Assembly: GCA_043750125.1 (NCBI GenBank)
Contig: JAYVCD010000117.1
Span: 1 to 18,848, forward strand
From: Archangiaceae bacterium
GTDB taxonomy: Bacteria > Myxococcota > Myxococcia > Myxococcales > Myxococcaceae
Direction: 5' to 3'
DNA: 18,848 bases
This document shows positions 1 through 7,513 of this stretch, piece by piece (position 1 is the first letter of the stretch; each line of letters opens with the position of its first letter). The notes under the pieces were generated by a model that saw only the letters and a list, made by a program, of their open reading frames with translations, did not search any database and was not told where the DNA came from. Made by a program: the position numbers and the translations under genes.

Positions 1-2
1 CC

Positions 3-641
3 CCACCGCCGGTGGTGTTTTACAACTTCGAGGAATACGCGAGACTTGTAGCTGCTGCTGAAAGGCATGACCCTCGTACCTTGGCTGCAGTGCTCTTGGC
101 AGGTGATGCCGGGCTCAGAGACGGTGAGACCATCGGTTTTGAGCAGACCGACATCGACTGGGGTAGCCGCATCTTGACCGTGCAACGCCAAGTCTGGCGC
201 AACACGGTGGATTCACCCAAGGGTGGCAGGCTCAGGTACGTCGGGATGACGAAGAAGCTGGCCACCGTGCTCGCATCGATTCGCCATCTCAGGGGAGCCC
301 GAATGCTCCTTCAAGACAACGGGAATGAGCTGACCTACAAAGTCCTGCGTCGCTGGATGGCCACCGCCCAGCGCATGGCAGGGTTGAAGGCGACGGGGAG
401 CTACCATGTGCTCCGTCACTCGTTCTGCTCACACCTGGCGATGCAGGGGGCACCGGCAGTCGCAATCAGGGACCTGGCCGGGCACCGCAGCCTCAACACG
501 ACGATGAGGTACATGCACCTGTCACCAGGAGCACGGGACCAGGCGATCAAGATGTTGAATGACCGGCCCACCGGAGCTGATTCAGGGTCGGTTTTTGGAG
601 ACTTGGTGGAGACGGCTCAGGAGCCTGCGAAGAACTCCTGA
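3..641 (+). CDS. Tyrosine recombinase/phage-type integrase, catalytic C-terminal part (5' end lies outside the window)
   Basis: Frame is open to the left edge. Catalytic residues R (GLRDGE), K (SPKGG), HxxR (HVLRHSF), H (LAGHRS) and Y (TMRY) are all present. TGA at 639-641 lies 19 bp from the tRNA 3' end. Confidence 0.95.
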   Translation, partial: PPPVVFYNFEEYARLVAAAERHDPRTLAAVLLAGDAGLRDGETIGFEQTDIDWGSRILTVQRQVWRNTVDSPKGGRLRYVGMTKKLATVLASIRHLRGARMLLQDNGNELTYKVLRRWMATAQRMAGLKATGSYHVLRHSFCSHLAMQGAPAVAIRDLAGHRSLNTTMRYMHLSPGARDQAIKMLNDRPTGADSGSVFGDLVETAQEPAKNS

Positions 642-644
642 GCC
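614..644. repeat. Perfect 10-bp inverted repeat GGCTCAGGAG-N11-CTCCTGAGCC between integrase and tRNA
   Basis: 614-623 and 635-644 are exact reverse complements. The repeat overlaps the integrase stop codon and has no clear U-tract on either strand. Confidence 0.7.
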
Positions 645-660
645 ATTAACCACTTTGAAG

Positions 661-733
661 AGCGGCGGAAGGGATTCGAACCCTCGACCCTGAGCTTGGG
701 AAGCTCATGCTCTACCAACTGAGCTACCACCGC
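661..733 (-). tRNA. tRNA-Gly (anticodon CCC), CCA not encoded
   Basis: Minus strand reads GCGGTGGTAGCTCAGTTGGTAGAGCATGAGCTTCCCAAGCTCAGGGTCGAGGGTTCGAATCCCTTCCGCCGCT. It folds as a full cloverleaf with anticodon loop TTCCCAA (CCC = 698-700), T-loop TTCGAAT and discriminator U. Confidence 0.97.
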
Positions 734-742
734 GTGCGCGCC

Positions 743-771
743 AAATTGCCCGCAACCTCGAGACACGTCAA
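743..771 (-). promoter_or_regulatory. Candidate sigma70 promoter for tRNA-Gly
   Basis: Minus strand TTGACG (771-766), N17, CAATTT (748-743), followed by a GC-rich discriminator-like GGCGCGC just before the tRNA 5' end. Confidence 0.5.
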
Positions 772-832
772 GACCTTCAGCCGACAGATGCTGCGGCGCA
801 GGTCCCGGGTGGGCTAGAGCGGCGACCTGCAG

Positions 833-2047
833 ATGGGGACGATCACGCGGTCCATCTTGTGTGCCTGCCTCTCGGCGGTGGCCACGGAGCCTCAAGCGCC
901 CGCGCGATGGCTCGACGGTGAGCATCTGACTGGCGAGTGGAAGGGCGATCGCGACACGCTCGCCGACCACGGAATCACGATCGATCTCATCTACACCGCC
1001 GAAACGTTCCTTACCACCGCCCGACTGGGCACTGCCGAGCGGGCAGTGTCCCTGCTGGGTCACCTCGACGCGGCGCTCACCCTCGACACCCAGAAGCTCG
1101 GGCTGTGGCGCGGCGGAAAGTTCTATTTCCTGGGGCAGAACAACCATGGGGTGGGGATCAACGCGCTCGTCAGCTCGGGCACTTCGATCAGCAACCTCGA
1201 AGCCCCGCCCTACACCCAGCTGACGGAATTCTTCTACGAGCAGCTGCTGTTCGGAAAGCGGCTGCGCCTTCGCCTCGGCAAGCAGGACGCGAACCGCGAC
1301 TTCGGGACCCCGCGCTACGGTGGCAATTTCCTCAACAACAACTACGGAATGTTTCCCACCACTCCCCTGCCCTCGTACCCGACGACCGGCCTGGGAGCCG
1401 TGGTGGTCGTCGAGCCCACCGACTGGCTCGCACTGAAGGCCGCCGTCTGCGAGGGCAACCCGAAGGTTGGAAGCCTCGGCTTCGATTCTGCGTTGGCCGA
1501 GAACGGCGGGCTCACCACCGTGGTGGGAACCGCGATCACCCACCGGTTTGGAATCGACAAGCGCAACGGCGGCACCACCAGCGTCGGAGCCTGGCGCCAG
1601 ACGGGACAGATTGCGGAAGTCAGCGACGCTCCGATGGCGCGCACTTTTTCGAGCAACTGGGGCCTGTTGGTCCAAAACGACGAGCGCCTCTACAGCGACC
1701 CGTCGAATGAACAGAACAACGGCGGCCTCAACGTCATCGTCCGGTTCGCGTGGTCCCAACCCGATCGCAACCAGATCCCCCTCTACTTCGGCGCTTCAGC
1801 AGCCTGGCACGGCGTCACGTCCACCCGCGACAACGACACCATCGGAATCGGCTTTGGATACTTCACCGTCAGCCAACAGACCGGCGGTACCCTCGGGCCG
1901 GGCTCGGAAGTCTTCGTCGAGGCGTTCTACAAAATGCGCCTCACCAACTTCTTCAGCCTTCAGCCCGATGTCGAGCTCTACCAACACCCAGGCGGCGACG
2001 GCCCGACCACGCTGCTGGTGGGCCTGCGGTTGAAGCTCAAACTATGA
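833..2047 (+). CDS. OprB-family (carbohydrate-selective-type) outer membrane porin
   Basis: Signal peptide, OprB-like N-terminus (LTGEWKGDRDTLADHGI), LxLGKQDANRDF segment and C-terminal strands EAFYKMRLTNFFSLQPDVELY...LVGLRLKLKL. Confidence 0.88.
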   Translation: MGTITRSILCACLSAVATEPQAPARWLDGEHLTGEWKGDRDTLADHGITIDLIYTAETFLTTARLGTAERAVSLLGHLDAALTLDTQKLGLWRGGKFYFLGQNNHGVGINALVSSGTSISNLEAPPYTQLTEFFYEQLLFGKRLRLRLGKQDANRDFGTPRYGGNFLNNNYGMFPTTPLPSYPTTGLGAVVVVEPTDWLALKAAVCEGNPKVGSLGFDSALAENGGLTTVVGTAITHRFGIDKRNGGTTSVGAWRQTGQIAEVSDAPMARTFSSNWGLLVQNDERLYSDPSNEQNNGGLNVIVRFAWSQPDRNQIPLYFGASAAWHGVTSTRDNDTIGIGFGYFTVSQQTGGTLGPGSEVFVEAFYKMRLTNFFSLQPDVELYQHPGGDGPTTLLVGLRLKLKL

Positions 2048-3651
2048 CTGCGCCGCGCGGCCTGGACACCAAGCGGGGCAGCCTCGAAGCGGTGCGCTCG
2101 GCGCTGTTCGGCCTCGCTCTGGTCGGGGCCCTGGGCGTGATCGGAGCGATCGTCAGCTACCGCGCCGACGTAGACGAAGCCCGGCGCAGCGTGCGCGAGC
2201 GCGTCGGCCGGCAAGGCAGGCTCTACGCCGAGTCGCTGGCGCTGCACCTGGCGGTGTTGGAAGCCGAATTGAGGCGCGTGTCGGATCAATTGGGCTCGAG
2301 CGGCATCGAGCCCGACCCGGAAGTCCTGCGCCTGGCCCACCACGATCACGCGATGTTCGGCGGCGGCATCGCGCTGCTCAGCCTCGATGGCCGGGTGCTG
2401 TGGAGCAACCCGGACGATCTGCTCGCCACGCTGCCCGCCGTCACGTCCCAATCCTGGTTTCAGAAGATGCTCTCGATGGACGGGCAGGGAATCGCGCTCG
2501 ATGCCCTCGGAACCGATCACCCCCGGCTGGTGGTGGCCATCGCGGCGAAGTCCGGCTCGCCCGGGATGCTGATGGGGGTGATCGATGCTTCCGACCGCTT
2601 CTTGTTCGGGACTCTCGACAAAGACGAAGAACGCCTGGTCCTGGGGGCAAACTTCAACGTGCTGCTGCCGAGCGCCCCGCCCCCGTGGGCCAACACCGAT
2701 CAATTTCGCGAGAAAATTCACCAACTGCAGCTCGCCTCGTCCGAGGGCGGAGAGCTCGTCGAAGACGGTCACACCCTCTTCGCCTACCCGGTTCGGGTTC
2801 CGGACACCGCGCTGAGCGTGGTGCTGCTCGAGTCCGAAGAGCTCGCCATCGCTCCGATTCGCGCGCGTCTGATTCCCCAGCTCATCTTCCTCGCCGTGCT
2901 TCAGGTCACCACCCTCACCCTGCTCTCGCTCTACCTGCGGAAGATCTGGCGCACCTTTCTCGAGTTCGAGACCCGCGTCGCCGAGCAGGAAAAAATGGCC
3001 GCGCTCGGCACCGCCTCTTCGCTCATTGCCCACGAAGTGAAGAATTCGCTCAACGCGCTCAACGCGGTGGCCTCGCTCGTCGCCACCAGCAGCGACCCGA
3101 AGCTGTCGTTCAAGACGCTCAAGGGGCAGATCGACCGACTCGGACACCTGGCGACCTCGCTGCTCTCGTTTGCCAAACCCAACGACGCCCGCACCGCGGC
3201 GCTGCACCTCGAACAGATCGCCAAAGATGCGGTCGAAGGCCTGGCGGTGTTGCCGGAGTTCGATGAAGTGAAGCTCGAGCTCGACCTCGCGGCCCGGGTG
3301 GAAGTCGATGGCGATCCGTTGCTGTTGGTGACCGCGATCGACAACCTCGTTCGCAACGCAATCGAAGCGGCGGTGGCCGCCAAGGACCTCGGAAAAATCA
3401 CCGAGCCGACGGTGTGGATCCGGGCCCGCGGCGAGAACGGTCACGCCCTCCTCACCGTCGTCGACAACGCGGGCGGACCTCCCCCTGGTTTCGAAGACCA
3501 TCTCTACGAGCCCTTCTTCACCACCAAGGCCAAAGGCATCGGGCTGGGCCTTTCGATGGCGCGGCGGGCGGTCGAGCAGCAGGGGGGGACGCTCACCTTC
3601 GAGCGCGTCCCCGGTGGCAGCCGTTTCACCGTTGCGCTTCGTACTAAGTAG
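2044..3651 (+). CDS. Membrane sensor histidine kinase (two TM helices, periplasmic sensor domain, HisKA + HATPase), 535 aa
   Basis: Start taken at ATG 2044, which overlaps the porin stop (ATGA), rather than 1750. H-box AHEVKNSL, N-box NLVRNAIEA, VDNAGG, FFTTK and GIGLGL are present. Confidence 0.93.
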   Translation: MTAPRGLDTKRGSLEAVRSALFGLALVGALGVIGAIVSYRADVDEARRSVRERVGRQGRLYAESLALHLAVLEAELRRVSDQLGSSGIEPDPEVLRLAHHDHAMFGGGIALLSLDGRVLWSNPDDLLATLPAVTSQSWFQKMLSMDGQGIALDALGTDHPRLVVAIAAKSGSPGMLMGVIDASDRFLFGTLDKDEERLVLGANFNVLLPSAPPPWANTDQFREKIHQLQLASSEGGELVEDGHTLFAYPVRVPDTALSVVLLESEELAIAPIRARLIPQLIFLAVLQVTTLTLLSLYLRKIWRTFLEFETRVAEQEKMAALGTASSLIAHEVKNSLNALNAVASLVATSSDPKLSFKTLKGQIDRLGHLATSLLSFAKPNDARTAALHLEQIAKDAVEGLAVLPEFDEVKLELDLAARVEVDGDPLLLVTAIDNLVRNAIEAAVAAKDLGKITEPTVWIRARGENGHALLTVVDNAGGPPPGFEDHLYEPFFTTKAKGIGLGLSMARRAVEQQGGTLTFERVPGGSRFTVALRTK

Positions 3652-3656
3652 GCCGC

Positions 3657-5000
3657 ATGCCTCTGGCCACGCTGCTCGTCGATGACGATCGTGCTTTTTC
3701 GGCCCTGGCCGCTGCGGCTCTTCAGCGCGAAGGCTTCCCCGTCACCGTCGCGCATTCGCTGCATGCTGGACGGGCCGCGGTCGAGAAAGGCAGCTTCGAG
3801 CTGGTGGTGCTCGATCGCCGACTGCCCGATGGCGACGGGCTCGCCTGGCTGCCCGAGCTCAAGGCGGCGCTGCCCGGCGCGGTGGTGGTGATGGTGACCG
3901 CGCACGGAGACATTGCGAGCGCCGTCGAAGCGATTCAGCTCGGGGCCGCCGACTACCTCACCAAGCCGATCGAGCTGTCGGACCTGGTGATGAAGGCCCG
4001 CGGCGCGGTGGATGATCTGCGACTGCGCGACCGGCTCGAGCGCGCGGAAGGTGAGCTGTCGGGGCGGCGACGGCTGATCGCTCCGAAGAGCCGGGCGATG
4101 CAGCAGATTCTTTCCACCCTCGAACGGATCGCCTCGTTCGCGCGTTCGCCGGTGCTGCTGTTGGGAGAAACCGGCGTCGGCAAGGAAGTGCTCGCGTGGC
4201 ACGTTCATCTTCATGGCGCCGGCGAGAGCGCCCCGTTCGTTCATCTCAATTGCGCCGCGTTGCCCGATTCGACCGCCGAGAGCGAGCTGTTCGGTCACGA
4301 GAAGGGCGCCTTCACCGACGCGCGTTCGACCCGCCGCGGGCTGGCTGAGCTCGCCAACGGAGGCACCTTGTTCCTCGACGAGGTCGGCGAGCTGTCCGCG
4401 GCCGTGCAGGCCAAGCTGCTCACCTTCCTCGATTCGGGACACTTTCGCAGGTTGGGCGGCGCGACCGAGCTGAGCAGCACCGCCCGCGTCATCGCCGCCA
4501 CCAACAAGGACCTTCAGGCCCAGATCCGCGAAGGGAAGTTCCGCGAAGACCTCTGGTTTCGGCTCTCGGTCTTCAAGGTCGAAGTGCCGCCCCTGCGCGA
4601 GCGAACCGAAGATCTCGAAGCGCTGGCGGGGGGACTGCTGCAGGGCATCGGTTCCCAGATGCGAAGGCGCAACCTCACCTTGTCGCCTGCGGCAATCGAA
4701 CGACTGAAGGCGTATCGCTTTCCCGGAAATGTCCGCGAGCTGAAGAACATCCTCGAGCGCGCGGTGGTGCTGGAAGAAGGCCCAAGCCTCGAGCTGACTC
4801 AAATCGCGCTCGGGGACTCTGGACAGTCTTCAGTTCCGGCCGATGCGTTCGTTCTTCGCGGTGAACCGGTCGAGGCCGAAGAGCTCGAACGGAGGTACGT
4901 GAAGTGGGTGCTCGAGCGCATGGGGGGCAAGAGAATGGAAAGCGCCAAGCTGCTCGGGATGAGCTACCCCACGTTCTTGAAGCGCCTGGGCGTGGACTGA
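3657..5000 (+). CDS. Sigma54-dependent (NtrC-family) response regulator: REC + AAA+ + Fis-type HTH
   Basis: REC (LVDDD, VLDRRLPD, TAHG, YLTKP), Walker A GETGVGKE, GAFTDA loop, Walker B LFLDE, FPGNVRELKN and a C-terminal HTH (AKLLGMSYPTF). Confidence 0.97.
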   Translation: MPLATLLVDDDRAFSALAAAALQREGFPVTVAHSLHAGRAAVEKGSFELVVLDRRLPDGDGLAWLPELKAALPGAVVVMVTAHGDIASAVEAIQLGAADYLTKPIELSDLVMKARGAVDDLRLRDRLERAEGELSGRRRLIAPKSRAMQQILSTLERIASFARSPVLLLGETGVGKEVLAWHVHLHGAGESAPFVHLNCAALPDSTAESELFGHEKGAFTDARSTRRGLAELANGGTLFLDEVGELSAAVQAKLLTFLDSGHFRRLGGATELSSTARVIAATNKDLQAQIREGKFREDLWFRLSVFKVEVPPLRERTEDLEALAGGLLQGIGSQMRRRNLTLSPAAIERLKAYRFPGNVRELKNILERAVVLEEGPSLELTQIALGDSGQSSVPADAFVLRGEPVEAEELERRYVKWVLERMGGKRMESAKLLGMSYPTFLKRLGVD

Positions 5001-5033
5001 AAGATTCTTTCAGCCGCTGAAACTTCCTTGAAG
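4997..5033. promoter_or_regulatory. Candidate tandem upstream activator sites for a bacterial enhancer-binding protein
   Basis: Perfect palindrome CTGAAAGA-T-TCTTTCAG (4997-5013) and a 12/17-identical copy CTGAAACTTCCTTGAAG (5017-5033), offset by 20 bp. Confidence 0.6.
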
Positions 5034-5085
5034 GCTCCGCGCGCGTGCGTCGACCCCAACCCCCTGGAAACATTCCGACGCTCTG

Positions 5086-5103
5086 TCGGCACGGGCGGTG
5101 GAT
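5086..5103 (+). promoter_or_regulatory. Candidate sigma54 (-24/-12) promoter of the czcCBA-like operon
   Basis: TCGGCACG-GGCG-GTGGAT: good -24 element (GGCACG), but GG-N10-GG instead of the consensus GG-N10-GC. Confidence 0.5.
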
Positions 5104-5114
5104 AGCCACCCTGT

Positions 5115-6389
5115 GTGCTCGCATCTTTCGTGTTGGTCACCTTGTGCGCAGAGCCTTCCTCGCTGCCTCTGGCGCAACTGCCCGAGGACGCGCAGCTCTT
5201 CGAGCTGATCTGGCAGAGCGCTCCCGAGCTGCAGTCGGTGCGCTCTCGCGTCGCCGCGGCTCGCGCCGATTCCGAGCGGGCACAGCTGCTTCCCAACCCC
5301 TCGCTCGACCTGTCCGCCAACACCCTGCCGGTCGGGCCGACGACTCCCGAAGACCTGCCTTCGCCGCTGGCGAATGTTCCCAATTACGCGGTCTCGATCT
5401 CGACGTTGATCGAGCTTGGAAAACGAGGCCCCCGACAGCAGGCCGCGCAACACGCGACCGATGCGGCGATCCTCGACGGGCGCGCGCTGCTGCTTCAGCG
5501 GTACTACGACCTGCGAAGTCACATCGGAGGAATCGCGGCGATCGAGCAGCGCCTCTTCCAGTTGTCCGAGCTGTCGAAAGATGCCGCCCGCCTGACCGCG
5601 CTTCAGCAGGCCCGCTCGGACAAAGGCGACGTCTCGACGCTGGATGCAGATCGCGCTCGACTGGAAGAACAGAAGCTCGAGGCCAGCCTCGGCATCGAGC
5701 GCGCCCGCCTCACCGCCGAGCTGCGCGCCTGCAGCGAAGTCTCGGGCCTCGATTGTCAGCCCTTCGCCAACGCCGGCCGGGCCTCGACGTTTCTGGCCCG
5801 CGTGCCTGTCTCTCCTCCCGAAGCGGCTTGCGAGAGCCGGCCGGACGTCCTCTCACTTCAAGCTCAGTCGGCCGGCGCACGGGCTCTGGAAACGCTCGCC
5901 CACCGCCGCGCGATTCCCGACCCCACGCTGCGGGTGGGCTACGTGCGAGATCAATTCGTCGTCGCTGGAAACCAGGCGAACAGCCTCTTCGTCGGGCTGA
6001 GCATTCCACTGCCGCTCTTCGATCACGGCCAGGCCGACGCGCGCGCCGCTTCAATCACCGCCGAGTCGGCCGATCGCGCGCGGCTTCAAGTACTCGCGAT
6101 TGCCCACGACTCGCTGCGAAAGGTCGACGCCGAAGCTGCCGAAGTCGAGCGGCGACGTGACCAGCTGGCCACCCAGACCCTTCCTCTCGCCCGAACGATC
6201 GTCGAACGACTCGAGGCCACGGTCGCAAGGGGCGGCGCCGGGCTGCAGGACCTGCTGCTGGCCCGGCGGACCCTGGGCGAGCTGGTGCTCGACAAGTCAG
6301 ATCTGGACCTCGCCATCTTCGAGCTCGCCGTCCTTCGCAGCCGCGTCTGCGGCCAGTCCCCCCCTCTGCCCCCGGACCTGACCCTATGA
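5115..6389 (+). CDS. czcC: TolC/CzcC-family outer membrane efflux protein
   Basis: Signal peptide, two helical OEP-type repeats (LLPNPSL...IELGKR and IPDPTLRVG...LSIPLPLFDHGQ), first gene of an OMF-MFP-RND trio. Confidence 0.88.
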   Translation: MLASFVLVTLCAEPSSLPLAQLPEDAQLFELIWQSAPELQSVRSRVAAARADSERAQLLPNPSLDLSANTLPVGPTTPEDLPSPLANVPNYAVSISTLIELGKRGPRQQAAQHATDAAILDGRALLLQRYYDLRSHIGGIAAIEQRLFQLSELSKDAARLTALQQARSDKGDVSTLDADRARLEEQKLEASLGIERARLTAELRACSEVSGLDCQPFANAGRASTFLARVPVSPPEAACESRPDVLSLQAQSAGARALETLAHRRAIPDPTLRVGYVRDQFVVAGNQANSLFVGLSIPLPLFDHGQADARAASITAESADRARLQVLAIAHDSLRKVDAEAAEVERRRDQLATQTLPLARTIVERLEATVARGGAGLQDLLLARRTLGELVLDKSDLDLAIFELAVLRSRVCGQSPPLPPDLTL

Positions 6390-7501
6390 GAGTTCTCTTT
6401 CTCGGCACGCTCGTCTTCGTCGTCGACTGCAGCAAGCCCGACACCGTCGAGCCTGCGCCCTCGACTCTGAAAGCCGACGCGAAGGGGGTCGACCTTTCGC
6501 CCGATGCGCCGCAGTGGAAATACGTCGAGCTGGCGGTGGCAGGAACGGCAGACCCGATCGCACCGCTCGCGGCGCCGGGGCGGGTGGCCTTCGACGAGAA
6601 GCGCACCTCGGACGTGGGCTCTCCGCTTTCGGGCCGCACCGAGACGGTGATGGTTCGCCTCGGAGATACCGTAAAGCAGGGCGACCGGCTGTTCTCGGTG
6701 CGCTCGGGAGCCTGGGCGGATCTCGATCGCGAGGCTGAAACTGCGCGGTCCCAGGAAGGGCTGAAGAAGCGGGTGGTCGAGCGATCGCGCGAGCTCTACG
6801 CGCTCAAAGCGATCGCCGAGAAAGATCTGATCGCCGCCGAGGCCGAGCTGAAGGAAGCAGGGCTGGCACTGAAAGCCGCAGAGGCCAAGAAGCAGAGCCT
6901 CCAGGTCGTCCCGGGGGGCGACAACCTGTTCTTCGTCCGGGCTCCGCGCGCGGGGACGATCGTCGAGCACGATCTGTACTCGAACCAGGAAGTCGTTCCC
7001 GAGCGCGAGAAGCCCTTGCTACGCATTTCCGAGCTCGACGAGGTGTTGGTGCTCGCCGACGTGCCTGAAAATGACGCGGGCGATCTGGCGATCAACGAGC
7101 CGGTCACCATTCGCTCCCAGGCGGGAAGCGCTGAACGAAAGGGAATCGTCGAGCACATCTCCGAAGTCGTCGACGTCCATCGCCGCACCGTCGAGGTCCG
7201 GGTCCGGGTCGAGAACCACGACCGGGCCCTGCGACCCAATTCCTTCGTCGAAGTGATCCCCCACCCGGTCGGCGGAGAGAAACGAATCCGCGTTCCGGAC
7301 GCAGCGATCGTCAGCGAAGGGACTCGCAGCGTGATCTTCGTTTCCCGCGGGTCGGGGCGGCTCGAGCCGGTGCAGGTCGTCCAGGGCCGCCGGCGCGATG
7401 GGGAAGTCGAAATCCGCTCGGGCCTGGAACCCGGCACCAAGTTCGTCGCGAAGGGCGCCCTGCTGCTGCTCAACCAGATCGACCTCGTCGACCAACCTTA
7501 A
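6386..7501 (+). CDS. czcB: RND efflux periplasmic adaptor (CzcB-like membrane fusion protein)
   Basis: PLSGR..V.V.LGD.VKQGD lipoyl half-motif, coiled hairpin, VRAPRAGTI, RTVEVRV and EIRSGLEPG. ATGA overlap with czcC. Confidence 0.92.
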   Translation: MRVLFLGTLVFVVDCSKPDTVEPAPSTLKADAKGVDLSPDAPQWKYVELAVAGTADPIAPLAAPGRVAFDEKRTSDVGSPLSGRTETVMVRLGDTVKQGDRLFSVRSGAWADLDREAETARSQEGLKKRVVERSRELYALKAIAEKDLIAAEAELKEAGLALKAAEAKKQSLQVVPGGDNLFFVRAPRAGTIVEHDLYSNQEVVPEREKPLLRISELDEVLVLADVPENDAGDLAINEPVTIRSQAGSAERKGIVEHISEVVDVHRRTVEVRVRVENHDRALRPNSFVEVIPHPVGGEKRIRVPDAAIVSEGTRSVIFVSRGSGRLEPVQVVQGRRRDGEVEIRSGLEPGTKFVAKGALLLLNQIDLVDQP

Positions 7502-7513
7502 GGAGGCCGACCC

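Larger units (their letters stand above)
1..660. mobile_element. Terminal segment of an integrative element (prophage or genomic island) inserted at the 3' end of tRNA-Gly
   Basis: Integrase directly abuts the tRNA 3' end. Bases 1-300 are 60% GC by hand count, at or below the range sampled in core genes. The partner att repeat is outside the window. Confidence 0.75.

Noticed and set aside
3-641. Integrase as chromosomal XerC/XerD or integron IntI
   Set aside because: tRNA adjacency and lower GC fit an element integrase. No IntI-specific insertion is evident before HxxR and no cassette array is adjacent.
1750-2043. N-terminal extension of the kinase ORF (and similar extensions from 11763, 14883, 16072 and 17336)
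   Set aside because: These overlap neighbouring genes or candidate promoters. Downstream starts give proper signal/TM N-termini, translational coupling or a promoter fit.
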